From Eledone cirrhosa (lineage: Eukaryota): 64,000 nt of DNA. Location: positions 424,266,001 to 424,330,000 of the forward strand of contig OZ024740.1 in NCBI GenBank assembly GCA_964016885.1. Reading direction: 5' to 3'. Shown in pieces: positions 41,180 through 55,604 of the stretch (position 1 is its first letter; the number at the start of each line of letters is the position of its first letter). Position numbers and translations under genes: made by a program. The notes below the pieces were generated by a model that saw only the letters and a program-made list of their open reading frames with translations, had not been told where the DNA came from and searched no databases.

Positions 41180-41400
41180 AGGAGATGATTTGACAGTATT
41201 GGTAGAGCGTTGGAAACCATACTTAGCAGCAGAGAGTTACAGTCCTTTATTGTCTGAGTTCAAATCCCATAAGGTTAGTTTTGCCTTTCATCCTTACGGG
41301 TTGATAAAATAAAGTACTAGTAACATATTGAGGACGATTTAATCGACTTTCCCCTCCCCCAAAGTTGTTGGCCTTGTGTCTTTATCAGAAACCATTATTA
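41180..41400 (+). mobile_element. tRNA-derived SINE family 2
   Basis: B box gagttcaaatccc + ttgcctttcatccttacgggttgataaaataaagtac; (att)n tail. Confidence 0.8.
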
Positions 41401-44400
41401 TTATTATTCCTATTTAGGTGAAAGAGAGATGGTGCTTTTTTTTACTGTTATTTAATAGAACAAAAAAGGAGGACAACACCCTTCTTACTTGCTGGCCCTC
41501 GCACAGTGTCATCATTTTTGTAAATTTTTCCATGCCAGTATGGGTTGAACAACACATTTTGTGAGGCAGTACACTATGGCCAGCAACACTTCCTGATGCA
41601 AACCCTTGCTTGTTTTTAAAGTAAATTATAGATATTTGTATGTCTATATCAGGAGCCATGGGACATCTGTTTATGTGGGACATAAACAAACATAAAAATC
41701 ATTACCAGTGTTGTCAAATGTGAAATGAAGAAACGGAGGTATAAATTCACATAATAATGAAGGGCTGTGTACAGTTTTCATCTACCAGTTTCACTCATAA
41801 GACATTGGTCAGTCTAGGTAAAAGTTACTTGTCATGCATTGGGATAAAACACAAAACCATGTGGATCATAAGAGTCATAGATTTGATACCTATATGGAGG
41901 AAATAAAACAAACTGAAGGCCGAAATGTGTTTTTTCAGAGGTCATAGATCCAGGAGAAAAATGTGAAATGGTTAGTGCAGACCTGTGGGTTTGTCTATGT
42001 AAACCAGGGCCAAAATAAGGTGATGTACAGCTGGCTAGTCTAGAGAATATGTGATCAGTATAACAGAAGAAAAAGATGGTGAGTGAATCTTGAATCTTTG
42101 CCAATTAGTCAGACTGGTAGTGTAGGATTATTTGTATGTTGTAGTAATAGCAGTAATAACATGTATCTCACATATGTTCCTACATACTTACACACACTCT
42201 CTTTATAGTGTCCCACTAGCACTAGGGAGCTTGTTTTGTCTCAAACACTACTGAAGAGTGACCCTACTGACTCACCACACCTGTTTCCTGAAATCTCATT
42301 TCTCAGTACAAGCAGAAACCCAAGTACAATGTAAGTATCAGATATTTTCCAAGGGTTATTTCACATTTTCTTTTGATAATGAATATCTTATCCGAAATAT
42401 AAAGAACTAGTAAATATTTCCCAGGTAACATGCCGATTCCCCTTTTTCTTTTTCTTCTCTTATACATATTGCTACCTCAATGGCCAGACCTCCCTCATAA
42501 TGGGACCAAAATACAGTTCTGCTATGAGCAGGGTACGGTGTGGCCAACTGGTCAGACCTTCCTTATAACAGGACTACCCAGTTCCACACTGTAAACATGG
42601 TTTGTTAGGAGGGGAAAATCCAGCTGTAAAAAAAAAAAACACTGTAAACATGGTTTTGTTAGGAGGGGAAAATCCAGCTGTAAAAAAAAAAAAAAAAAAA
42701 AGAAACACCCAAAAATAAGTTCCATTTGACCAGGTACAGCATGGCCAATTGGTTCAACTTGCTTTGTAATGTGGACAACCCATCTAACCCATGCAAGTGT
42801 GGAAAAATGGACAAACGGTGATGAGGAGGAGGAGGATTTACATTGTAGCAGCTTCTTACAACTAACTAAACTCTTCATATTTCACAATGCTTCAAGCACA
42901 TTATAGTGGTAAGTGATAAGAAACTCTCAGGAGAGCTGAACAACAGAAGGTCTTCAGAGAAGAAGCCCCACCTTATCAAACGAGTGTTTTGGCCCTTAAC
43001 TTCTTACGGGAGCCAGGGCCACATTCAGGTCACAACTCCTGGGTGCCCTTCTGCTGACATTGAGCCATTCAGAAATCAGAGACTGACTGTGTATTTAAAC
43101 TATATGGAGATTTTGTTTGACAGGATATCTCGCCTCAAACCATATTTCATATTTCACAATGCTTCAAGCAAATTATATATTTCTATAATTTTGTTTATTC
43201 ATTTCTTACAAAAGTTTTGCTTTGCTGAAACATCATACCCATATAGTAATAAACTGAATAAATATAATTATATAGATTCTATTATCAATATTTAGTTCTA
43301 CTTTCCTTGTGGACTACTAATACTAAGATCACTAGATTCTCAACATAATATATATATGAAGTGGGGTGTGGGATTGTAGGTGTTGCAGTAATGTGTTATA
43401 TAAAGCAATGTGAGAAAAACAATGTAGGAAATTTAACAAAGCAAAAATGCTGACAAGGTTAAAAAAATGTCAAATTAGCTTTATGTTTTATTGTTCTTTT
43501 AATTCTCAGTGTTGGTTGAACTGTCTAAAAACTTCAACAAAGATAGGTGTGAGTAGATGGATAGTTAGGCAGGATACATACATATGTTGCTTTAGATACA
43601 CCAACATATTATATATACCATCATCAGGTTTTTTATGTTAAGTTTCGCATGCTGGTATGGGTTAGAGGGCATTTTTGAGGGGCAATGTTTTACAACCAGG
43701 TGCCCCTTTCTTGACATCAACCCTTTTAATTGCTTCTTATGACATGTAGGGATAATGGCTACCTTTTCTAAACTAGACACATGCACTTATCCTCGTCTTT
43801 CTTTTACTTTCCATGTTCGCTTGGATCTGCCTATATATATATATATATATATATAATACATTTATGGAGTAACAGATTAAGACCAGAAAGAAGAGGAGGC
43901 ACAAAAGAGAACAGATAGTCATTGAGGAGGTCACAGAATGTGACAAAAGAACTAATATAGATAAAGTGAAAATCACATGGTGCCTGTGCTTCTTTTTATT
44001 GGCAATATAGCCATCCCTAAATATAACATATAAATATGTTTAGTGTCTAAGGAAAACCATCACTGACTATTAAGAGAATCATGTTTTCGTCAGTGATTCT
44101 TTAACCATGTTACATTCTTACATGTCTTTTGGCAAATCTTAGAAATATTGCTGCATAGTGTATATCAGTATACAGAAATGTATTTCAATATATATCCCAG
44201 AGTCTTTATAACCACACCTCCATTGTCACATGTATTGTTTGTTATATAATCTATTGCCATGAATATAATGTTGTCAACTGTTTGTCTTGATAATATATGT
44301 AGGATGGGATTGTAGCTGGTGCAGTAATGGGTTATTGGTAAATAGCCAACACAGTCACACACACACACATATATATACACGCACACATATATATACACAC

Positions 44401-44406
44401 ACACAC

Positions 44407-44437
<31 letters not shown>

Positions 44438-44598
44438 CACAAACACACATATATATTTACACATAAACTGTGGCTTTTGGGGAAATATGGAGTAGGCATG
44501 GCTGTGGTGAAGGAAAACAGTTAACACTATATATACATATATATCACCATCATCACCGTTTTGCGTCCGTTCTTCCACGCTAACATGGGTGAGATGGG

Positions 44599-44638
<40 letters not shown>

Positions 44639-44664
44639 GATATATAGTTGTTGTTATACTTTTA

Positions 44665-44848
44665 GGGTGGCGGATTGGCAGAATCAGTAGAGTGTCGGAC
44701 ACCATGCTTTGCAGCATAGAGTTACAGACCTTTATGTTCTGAGTTCAAATCCAGCTGAGGTTAGCTTTGCATTTCATCCTTACAGGGTTGATAAAAGAGA
44801 TGTTGATTTAATCTATTTTCCCCTCCTCCTAAATCAGAAATCATTATT
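44665..44848 (+). mobile_element. tRNA-derived SINE family 2
   Basis: A box tggcagaatcag, B box gagttcaaatcc, shared central motif. Confidence 0.8.
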
Positions 44849-47800
44849 TATAAATTTACCAAGGGTGGTGGATTGGCTGTATCGATAGAGTATTGGACAA
44901 AATCTTTAGATTTAAACTATTGAAGACACCAAACATTTTGTACTATGATATACTAAGACAAGAACAGGGTGTGTGCGTGTGTGTTATAGGAGTTGTAGTG
45001 GCTATGATGAGATGGAAGCTACAAATTGCTACTGGGGATAACAAACAGGTGGCTGTGTGTATGTCATAGAGAAGGGAAGTAGGGAACAAACACTAACATA
45101 AAAGTTAATTTTATTAAATAGGTTAGATACTATGAAGATATTGATCACAGGTGGGAAGTGATAATTATATTGATGTTACATTAAATAAGAATTGAGAGAC
45201 AGTGAGATAGTGAGAGAGAGAGGATATAGTGAAAGGGAGAGACAGGGAGAAAATAAAGTGAGAAGTAGGGAGAGGAAGAAGATATAGTGTGAGGGAGAGA
45301 AGGAAAAGATGAGGGGTAGTGTAGGGGGGGGTAGAGGGGGGGGGGGGGGTAGAGTAGGGGGGGGTATAGTGAGAGGTAATGTAGGAGGGTGAGAGGAGAA
45401 GATATAGGGATAAGTAAAGAGGTAGTGAGGGAGACGATATAATAATAGGTAGAGAGGCAGAAGATATAGAGAGAGGTAGAGAGGGAGAAGATTTAGAGAG
45501 AGGTAGAGAGCGTGAAGATATGAGGTAATGTAGGAGAAGGAGAAGGAGGGATAAGATATGAGAGGGGAGAGATAAAGAGAGAAATAAAAAAGAAATAAAA
45601 TGAGGGATGAAATATAGTCTGGAGACAATGTGAGAAACAGCAAGATGAAGAAACTGGTGAAAGATAGAGAGTAGATAGAGAGAGTGAGAAGGGTGCAATA
45701 GTAAGAGAGAAAGATAGAAACAGTGTAGAAAAAAAGAAAAACTGTGTAGGAAGAAAGATGGCAGGGAAAGAAAAGGTGAAAGATATTGGAGAGAGATAGA
45801 GAGAGAGAGAGAAAGAGATAGAGAGAGAGGAAGAGATAGAGATAGAGAGAGAGGAAGACAGAATAGGAGGAGATGAAGATAAGAGAATGGGAATGGTGAT
45901 TTCCTTGAATTAAGACAATTCCCAAGAAGACCACAATATTTCAGAATCCTTTCAAGGGGAAAGTTCCAGGATGACACAAGATTTGCTTGCTGCCACCATC
46001 ATCATTATAAACTTAGGTAGTAGCAGCCACCAACCTAAGCTAGCTCTTATCGCAATTGGAATGTACAAGAAGATGGGTTGGCTTCACTTTCAGCTTCCCC
46101 CTCCTCCATATCTTCCTCTCTCTCTCTCTTACTCATGCTCTCTCCCTCTCTATCATTGCAGAGAAGCATTTAACAATTTAACAACAGAAGTTCTACCATT
46201 GTCTTTCTTTCTTAGCTTATAAGTGCTAAAAGCACTACGCTAATTGGAAATTGCAAAAGAATCTTTTTTCCCAGGGTATCCTCTGCCTCTTAAGAGGGAA
46301 ATTTGATTCATTGCCTGATTTCTTGGCTTTTTCTTCCATGCATATTGTGATGGAGAAATGGGGAACTGTGGGTTGAAGAGAGGATGGAAGGAAGAAATGA
46401 GACAGAAAAAAAAGAGAGAAGACAGAAGGCTGAAGAAGGAAGAAGAGAGAAAGCAGAAAAGAGAGAAGACAAGAGGAAGGGAGAAGCCAGAATGCAGAAG
46501 GAAAGCGAAGTAAAAAAAGAAAATAATCAAAGAAAAACAAAAAGAATAAAAAGAATGAAAACAGATGAAAGAAAAGAAGATAGAAAAGAAGGAAGAGATG
46601 AATGAAGAAAGTGAAAGAGAAAGAATAGGTGTCAGCAGGAAAGTGGCAGTGACAAGATGCAGTTTTACCCTATATATACTGTATATATATATGAGAACCA
46701 AGTAGTTTTTCTGAAAGACAAGTCAAAATATTCAATGATTCAATGTCATTACTAATTGACTATGATCTATAACTATATTTGCACAAAGAGGTCATTTTCG
46801 GGGGGGGGGGGGGGGGGGGGGGGGCCCCCCCCCACATTTTTATATTTTTTTTCCTGTAATGGCTGCATGGAGACATGGTTCACACACACAGAGGTACACA
46901 CACAACCATAAACACCTTTTCACATACACACGCGCACATACCTTTTCTCATTCATCAAAAAGTGCTCAAATTAGTGTCAGACAGAAATGCCTTGTGGAAT
47001 TTGTACTAGCTCTTAAAGTCCTGACTATAAATCCTGTTGAAGCCAACTTTGCATTTCATTGAGGATGGGGGCAGATAAAATAATGTACCAGTAAAGTTTG
47101 GGGGTCAATTGATTAACTCCCTCCCACATATCTAGCCTTGTGTAAATGTAAAGTATTATGGTAAATTTAATTGACTAACTTCCTCCCCTATTTCTAGCCT
47201 TGTGTCTAAAAAAAAAATCTAAAGCCTATCTTGAGCTCAAAGGTTCATCAGGCTGGTGCTTATCCTAGTTTCCGTGCCGTGAAGTGACTGAGTACAAAAC
47301 TCCCCCCTGGACACAATAACAGTCCATTGCAGGGTTAATGTGCCAAACAGGATACCTGTAATTATCTGTCCCAGTTCTGTGTTTTGACTACAAATCCCAC
47401 CTCCTGCCAAGTGGTGACATAAGACTGGGAGCCCTATCATTAAACCACCCACAAAACCTATGAAATGTATCATCATAAGGGGCCAGCTAAACCTGTGCAA
47501 GTGTGAACCTATAACTACAACAAATCCAATTATGATTATTATTGGAACTTTCTAAAATGGTCTTCAGGTATTTCACACAAGAATGACTGTTCTATAATTC
47601 TTGGTCCATTGTATCCGCATTAAACAGTAGACATGGTAAAGTAATGGTATGGGGTTGGGTGATAGCAACATTCCATTACATTGGACACTTTCCTTACAAT
47701 CTTCCCCTTACATCACACCACCCACCTCTGTTCTGCCTCTCTCCATTTTCATCATTACATACATGTACCATGTACTGTTGATGCAATATGATGTCATGTT

Positions 47801-49940
47801 AATATAGGTTTGTATGTACATTTATATATGTTTAATGAAACATACATTCATGCATATCATCATCATCATCATCATCATCGTTCATATATATATATACACA
47901 CATGACCTTAACGGCAGTGGGTAGTTGCTTACATACATGCCCACACACACACACACATTACGTAAAAGACAGAGGTTGTTACATACATACACACAAACAC
48001 ACATTGCCTAAAAGACAGGAGTTACATACACACATTCATCCATGCATGCATACACATGACCAAAAAGACGTGTAGTTACATACACACAGACACATACGTA
48101 CATACAAACACTCATGGTCTAAAAGAGAAGTAGTTACATACATACATGCATTCATACACATACACACACACATACACATACTTAAATACACATGACCTAA
48201 AAGACACAGAGGTAGTTAGTTGCTTTGATAAGGAAAAATATGGCAAATTCTAATTAAAAAACAACAACAAACAAATCATATTTTAAACAACAAAACAACA
48301 CAAAAACAGCAAATAAGACAAGAAACAAGAAGAAAGGAGAAAGAAAGGCAAAAGTAAAGATTTGTAAATTAACAAAACTATCTGATGAATATCTAGATGT
48401 TGGAAATTAAGCTTGTGAGAAAAAAGGTTTGGATTCCTTATGGAAATTCCTCCGATGAAGATGATAGAGATATTAACATTGCTTCTACTGATTTACATTT
48501 TAGGAAATGTGAAGAAAATATTGAATGGGAAAAAAATGATGTAGATGGTGGTAGTGGAGGTGATGTAGGTGATAGTGATGGTGGTGGTGGTGGTGATGGT
48601 GGCGATGTAGGTGATAGTGGTGTTGGTAGTGATGGTGATGATGGTGTAGGTGGCGTTGGTGATGGTGGTGATGGTGTAGGTGATGATGGTAGGTGGTGGC
48701 GATGTAGGTGATAGTGGTGTTGGTGATGGTAGTGATGGTGATGATGGTGGTGGTGTAGGTGATGATGGTGGTGATGGTGGTGGCGTTGGTGGTGGTGATG
48801 GTGGTGTTGGTGTTGGTGGTGATGATGGTGTTGGTGGTGATGGTGATGGTATAGTTGATGATTGGTGGTGTTGGTGGTGATGATGGAGGTGTAGATGATA
48901 GTGGTGGCAGTGATGGTGATGTAGATAGTTATGATGATGATGTAGATATTATTGATGGTGATGCAGATGATGGTGGTGATGGTGATGATGATAATAATGA
49001 TTTTTAGAGACAATGATAACAATGATGATAATGAGGATAATAATAATGATAATGATGATGATGATGATAGTAACGATAAGAGAGAGACAATGAAAATGAT
49101 ATTATAGACAATGTTGATAGCCAGGGATAACAATGAACAAAAAACTGTAAGAACTGAAGAAAGCAGGAGTAGAGGGAGGAGAAATTGGTGATACAAGGAG
49201 AGATAAGACATTTCAAATTAATGTAGTTTAATGTTTAATAAATAAACAAGTGCAAGCCAGAAGTTGAATAAATATAAGAGAAATGAAATAAGAAGCAGCC
49301 ACCCTCCCCTCCCTGGGGACAAATTGGGAGAGGGGAGAGGGGAGCATGGAATGTTATTAAATGATAGAGAGGTAAAGTGGTTAGTGGAGGAACGGTGGTG
49401 GTGGGAGACAAAGAGAACAGATGAAACAAAGCAAATCGAGTGAGGGGTGGGGGAGCCGGAACATGGATAGAAATTTATTGGGTGTAAAATGATATTGTAA
49501 AATAGGCCAGAGATATGAGAATATAGAGAAAAGATTGGAAGAAAAGAAATAACAGAAACAACAATAAAAGTAATAATAGTTAATAAATAACTATATAAAT
49601 AAAGGTGTTAAATCTGCAGGTAAAACCTTAATACTTGGGGAAAATAGGGTTAAATCCTTCTTTTAATACATATTAATTCAATGTATATAAAAAGTGTTGT
49701 CTGTCATATATATTTTAGCCAAAGCTAAGTCTTTGTCCCAACATGGTAGTACCACATTGGCATCTAGTAGAGTTAATTAAACCTGCCACATGGGGAAGAG
49801 GACCTATTTAGCCATGGTTGGTAACCTTTCTAGAAATGGTGTCCTGCTAAAAACACAGGTGGTTGGTTATAACCTTAAAGTCACAATCCTCTGATGAGTG
49901 AAATGCAAGTAATCATATATTCCACAATAATGTGAATGTT

Positions 49941-50237
49941 GCTGGAATCAATGAAGGTCTTTCATCTGGCAGGTATCTGTCTCATTACACAACAGGATGG
50001 GCCTGGTCACTACCACCCTACAACTACTGGAATCACTGGTAAAGGTCTTTTACCTGGCAGCTGTTTCTCTCATTACACAGTAGGATAGGCCTGGATGTTA
50101 CCCTACAACTACTGGAATCAACGGTGAATGTCTTTCACCTGACAGGTGGGTGTCTGTCACATTACACAGCAGGATGGGCTGGGATGTTACCCTACAATTG
50201 CTGGAATCAATGGTGAAGGTCTTTCACCTGGCAGGTG
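49941..50237. repeat. ~85-89-bp tandem repeat, ~3.4 copies
   Basis: ctggaatca anchors at 49942, 50027, 50112 and 50201. Confidence 0.9.
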
Positions 50238-50639
50238 AGTGTTAGAGAAAGATTATGCTTAAAACAACTAGGATAGAATGTAACATAAATAGATTGATCT
50301 TTGAAAAACTGATTGTTGTTTGGCATAGTTGTGATGTGTGAAGAAATGAGAAAGAATGTTGGCTAAACCGGATACTCCAGGATAAGTCACTAACTTCGGT
50401 TACTGTTGACTCCAGGATAAGTAACCATCTTGGGTTACTGGAGACTGAGAATGAGAGGAGGGCAATTAATTGGATGTTTGTATGGATACATAACTCCAAA
50501 TGGAATTGTAGGAGTGCCATATTGACATACGTTTCTAGAGCTTTCTTTTAAAAACCTAGCAGAGCCCATCACCTCTCCAGGTCTGAATTCAGCAAATTTC
50601 TTTCAGAGGTTATAAAGTAGAGAACGGAAGTGAGAAAGA

Positions 50640-50814
50640 GATATAGAGGAAGAATTGACCCCAGTACTTCACTGGTACTTTTTTTTATCGACCTCGAATG
50701 GATGAAAGGTAAAGTTGACTGTGGCAGGATTTGAACTGAGAGAGCAGAGAGCTGGAATGGATACCACAAAGTATTCTATCCAACATTCTAACGACTCTGC
50801 CAATTTGCCGCCTG
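50640..50814 (-). mobile_element. tRNA-derived SINE family 2
   Basis: ctggtac..ttttatcgacctcgaatggatgaaaggtaaagttgac..ggatttgaact, the reverse complement of family 2. Confidence 0.8.
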
Positions 50815-51023
50815 GGTAATTAATTGAAAAACTTTCATGGAATGCTGCTTCAGCAGTAGTTAAAAAGTATTACTGGGGAGTGTGGAGGGGGGGGGTCATT
50901 GAGTAGGGATGTGTTAAACATAGTGAAGGTGGCAGTTATTCCAGCATGGCCACAGCCTAATGCAGTAAAAAACAAAAGAATAAAAATATAAGAAGACTCA
51001 TGTGTGTGTGTGTGTGTGTATAT

Positions 51024-51106
51024 ATAGGAAAAGGTTTTCCTATTACCCACACTACTACCGAAAGTATCGAGTACTCTGGTGCGTTATGGTCCACCTGGTT
51101 CCTTAC

Positions 51107-51110
<4 letters not shown>
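51024..51110 (+). mobile_element. PLE-like fold-back remnant, family 3 (minimal copy)
   Basis: ataggaaaa-gg-ttttcctat hairpin followed by a tail matching 53209-53282; microsatellite flanks. Confidence 0.65.
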
Positions 51111-51145
<35 letters not shown>

Positions 51146-53052
51146 TCATCATCATCATCATCAGCTTTTCCCTGCTGAGAGAGAGAGAGAGAGAGAGAGA
51201 TTCATATGTATATATACATACACACGACAGAGTTATCACTTCGTTCCCTCATGGCCTTTTGACATGAGCGCGCTATGGATCGATGTTCTGTTTTAAGCGC
51301 CGAAACATCCAAGATCCGTAGTAAATAGCAAACGAAGGGAAACTTTTCTTCTCTTGTTTGTGTCCCAATTACCTTCTAACACTTCGGGTTCAGTAACCAC
51401 ACAGCCTCGCTTCCTAACCCGTATTTTTCTATGTATGTATATATATATATATATGAAAGTAGAGGATCTATGGCAAGCTCAGCTGTTTCAGCTAGTTACA
51501 TCTACTTTCACTAATATACACACTCTGCATCTTATCATCTATCAAGTAGTTCTTTGATTTGTGGTCTTCCTTATTATGGTCCCAATACCTCTCAGTACTT
51601 GTAGTACCTGCAGACTATCAATATATATATATATGTTTAAATGTGTGTGTGTGTGTGTACTCTGAATAGGGAATGGGAAAAATTGACCACCATCTTTCTC
51701 TCTCCTAATAAATCTGTCTGAAAGTAATATAGTTATTTGTTTTAAATAAGGCGGAACACTATCATATATATGTGTGTGTGTGCGTGTGTGTATGAATGTG
51801 TGTGTGTATATACACACACACATATCTAAACATCAGTTTGGTTTAAACAAACTCAAACAGGAAGAGTGTTGAAGATGAAAATCTAAACAGGAGAGTGAGA
51901 GAGAGAGAGATGAGGTGGTGGTGGTGTATAGGATAGCTAAGCTATAGGGCAATCAGACAGACAGTCAGACAGACAGATTAATATCTGCAAAACTGTTAGG
52001 TTAAGTCAACAACTTAGAGAGAAAGAGAAATTATATATAAACAAAAAGTCAAGCAGCACCAGATGTTTAGTGTGGGTAGGAGGAGGGGTAGTGGTAGGGG
52101 TAGTAGGCAGATGGAGAGAGAGCAATGTGTGTGTGTGGTGTGTGAGAGAGAGAGGAGGAAGAAAAGAGAGAGAGAAAGATAACTGAATGATGGAGTTGGT
52201 AGTATAGGTAACATCTGAGAAGGAGGAGGAAGATGAGAAAGAGAAGTCAAGGAAGCTAGAATATAAATTATCAAGTTGGCAGCAGCAGATACCAGCACCA
52301 GGTGATGGACTTTTTCCTACAACAAAAACCTGTATTTCATTGGCATGAGGTCATACATGTTTCTTTTGGGTGGATGAGTGTATGTGGTGGGGGAATAGTG
52401 GATTACATCCAACCTTGGTCATTAGTACATAGCTGCTTAGTCACGGGTGGGGTGGGGGTATTTAAAAATTTGTTGTGACAAAAAATTCTTTATAACAAGA
52501 TCAACAAATCAAGTGTTTGTTATTACCTCGGGGATTGAAAATAATTTCGTTATACTGTATATATACCTGTCATCATCATCATCATCATCATCATCGTTTA
52601 ACGTCCGTGTTCCATGCTTGCATGGGTTTGGAGTGTATATATATTATCCAACATTGGTCATTACCTGTATATATATTATCCAACATTGGTCATTAGTACA
52701 TAGCTAGCTGCTTGGTATATATATATATATATATATATCAAGCAGGTATATATATACACACACACACACACACAGATAAATCTACCAATCAATGGTAGGG
52801 TCTAAACCGTATGAAGAACTCAATGTAATCCGTATGTAGATGTCGTGAAGCGAAGTTTAAAATACAAAATTTTCAACGATATAATTCATTGGATACAGAG
52901 TAAAAAATAGAAATATTAAAACAATAATTCAATCAATCATAGATCAATAATTGAATGGACATACAGGGAGCTACCCCCAGAAACGATCGTAAAATAATGA
53001 GTTTTACTATGAATTAACCGTTTTTTGTTTAATTTCATTGTTTTAATATTTT

Positions 53053-53100
<48 letters not shown>

Positions 53101-53105
<5 letters not shown>

Positions 53106-53293
53106 AACCAGTAAGACCCCGACAGCTGAGCTCAAGCCGTTTCGACAGCTAATTCTGCCAGAATTAGCCGTCGAAACGGCTTGAGCTCAGCTGTCGGGGT
53201 CTTACTGGTTCCTATTACCCACTCTACTACCTCAAGTATTGAGTACTTTGGTGCGTTATGGTCCACCTGGTTCCTTACCACATTTCCTTCGTT
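53101..53293 (+). mobile_element. PLE-like fold-back remnant, family 3
   Basis: ~115-bp near-perfect palindrome 53101-53215 + ~75-nt tail, between TA tracts. Confidence 0.7.
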
Positions 53294-53334
53294 ATATATA
53301 TGCCCACAGCTTTTGGCCTCATAGCTATCCACTG

Positions 53335-53600
53335 CATGCACTGGTATAAACATCTCTGCTTTCCACCAGATAATCAAGCTGCAGGCTGGAAAAGGCCTCG
53401 TGGCAGGCCCTGCACCAGATGGCTGGATGTCATCAGGGAAGATCCCTGGCGGCTTGACATCACCTTGGAGGATGCAGAGGAGCTGGCACAGGACTGCCAG
53501 CAATAGAGGGCACTGGTGGATCTGGTTGGCTCTACACAAAATGATCCTTTAGCATCTCTGGCTTAGGATGACCCTGGCCTCATCGAGCAAGAAGATACAT
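53335..53600 (+). mobile_element. LINE (RTE-like) 3' end fragment
   Basis: GWKRPRGRPCTRWLDVIRED...AEELAQD. Confidence 0.75.
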
Positions 53601-54319
53601 ATCGATCGCTTATTCCTGAGAGGGTCGTGGGGGTAGAGCCCTCAAACACTCCTTCCAGCAGGTCCTGTCAGAAGGAATGCTTTCAACTGATCTGGCTGTA
53701 TCCTCAAGCAAGACCAGCCAAGGTGTTATCCAACCATATTGCTCTGGGTCCACCCCTGGGTTTCCTGCTAGTTGTTTTTGCCAGTAAAATATCTCCAGCA
53801 ATTCTTTCCTGAGACATTCTAACCACATGCCTCTAGTATCAGGGCTGTGATCTCTCAATTCAGAGAATTGAGGGGAGGGAGGGGAACAGTTGATTATATT
53901 GATCCTAGTATTTTATGTTATTGACCTCAAAGAGATAAAAAGAAATGGTCAACCTCAACAGGATTTGAACTCAGAACACAAAGATCCAGAGTAAATACTG
54001 CCGGACATTTTGTGTGACATGGTAACAATTCTGTTAAAACATCACCACTCTTGTCAATCCAATTCACATCATCATCATCATCATCATTTTACGTCTGCTG
54101 ATGATGATTATGGTGTTAATTGGATTAACAAGGGGAACTAGTCATTATAAAAAATATATGGGCTCCAGTACTTGATTGGTACTTTAATTTATCAACCCTG
54201 AAAGGTTGAAAAGTTAAGTTGACCTAGATTAGGGTAAAAAGCTGATATAAGAGAATCAATACCAGTGTATAATCGGTACTAGTTTTAGTAGCCAACAAGC
54301 AATGAAAGTCAAACATTAA

Positions 54320-54551
54320 CCCTTTCATGACCACATTCCTAATGAAATACACACTATTTTAATTAATTAATGAAGAATTTTGCGGGATTTACTAATATTA
54401 TTAATTATTTCATAACTAAGATAGTAATTTAACATATTGTTCTCATATAAAATTATGTTGGAATATTTTAATTTAAATTGGAAACCTTTAAAATGGGTGG
54501 TTTTATTTCATAGAGCGAGAGTCTGTTTTGGCGAAGTTGGTAACTAAAGGG
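54320..54551 (+). mobile_element. piggyBac-type MITE
   Basis: TTAA|CCCTTT ... AAAGGG|TTAA; homolog at 2293-2632. Confidence 0.85.
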
Positions 54552-54591
54552 TTAAATTGTGGAAGAGACTGAACTAAATAATGTAAAGTAT

Positions 54592-54913
54592 TTAATGAAA
54601 GACAGAGCTTGGGTGAACTGAAGGAGAAACTGGGTTTAAGAGGAATCGGAAGTGTGCCAGAGAGAAGACTATGTTGATATGGACATGTGATACACATGGA
54701 TGAGTGAAGAAGTGCCAAGAAATCCCAGTGGAGGGAAGCTTCAGTAGAGGTAGACCAAGGAAGACCTGGGTAGAAGTGGTGAGAGCTGACCTCAAATTGC
54801 TGACATTCACAGAGTAGATGATGAAAGGAAGCATCAGGTAGAGAATTGCTAAGCTGAAAAGGACCTGACCAATTCATGCAAGCGTGGAAAATGGACGTAA
54901 AAACAATGATGAT
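54592..54913 (+). mobile_element. Old RTE 3' fragment (subfamily-C-like)
   Basis: ELKEKLGLRGI..RRL..YGHV..GRPRKTW; terminal stem-loop, gatgat. Confidence 0.8.
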
Positions 54914-55020
54914 TTCTGCAAGATAATTTTTGGTAATAGGACAGGCACCTAGCCATAAGAAATATACACCCTCAAAAGCAAATGACTTACATAAGAACGC
55001 TATATTAATGCTACTACTAA

Positions 55021-55209
55021 TTAATAATTGTTTCTACTTTAGGCACAAGGCCAGCAATTACCCGGCAATTACCCTGGTACTTTATTTTATCGACCCCGTA
55101 AGGATGAAAGGCAAAGTCAACCTCGGCGGGATTTGAACTCAGATCGTAAAGGGACGTAACTATGCTGGAAAGCATGGCGTCCGACCCTCTACCGATACTG
55201 CCAATCCAC
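55021..55209 (-). mobile_element. tRNA-derived SINE family 2 (best-preserved copy)
   Basis: Minus strand: tggcagtatcgg A box, gagttcaaatccc B box, gaggttgactttgcctttcatccttacggggtcgataaaataaagtaccag. Confidence 0.85.
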
Positions 55210-55604
55210 ATCACGTTCATCAGCGAGGTGGGGGGGGGGGGTCACCAAAAAATCACGCATGCCCAAGAATGAAGCGACTACACTTAGAATATTTTTTTTC
55301 TTCCTAATGCCATTACTTTCCACGAGAAAAAAATGTCAGATATTTTTTCGACAGACCTAATATGCGTGTGTAATCACGTACATAGAGAGACACACACCGT
55401 GTTTGTCTTGTTACACAGGTGTGCGTGTATATAAAGCGACATATAGATGTGGATAAATATATGCTATAGAGAGCCTGGCAGAGAGAGAGAGAGAGAGAGA
55501 GGTGGACAGACGATAAATAGATCGAAAGATAGTGAGAGATAGATGGGTATCTTAAACGACAGAAAGGTAGAGATGGATAGATAGACGGAATGAGCTAGAT
55601 AGAT

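Noticed and set aside
46240-46372. Minus-strand exon after a long pyrimidine tract (similar weak candidates at 7150-7300 and 28967-28990)
   Set aside because: No convincing donor or recognisable protein; pyrimidine tracts are ubiquitous here
48397-49216. His/Pro- or Gly/Asp-rich ORFs (also 35578-36006)
   Set aside because: Products of (GGT/GAT)n low-complexity tracts with no splice or domain support
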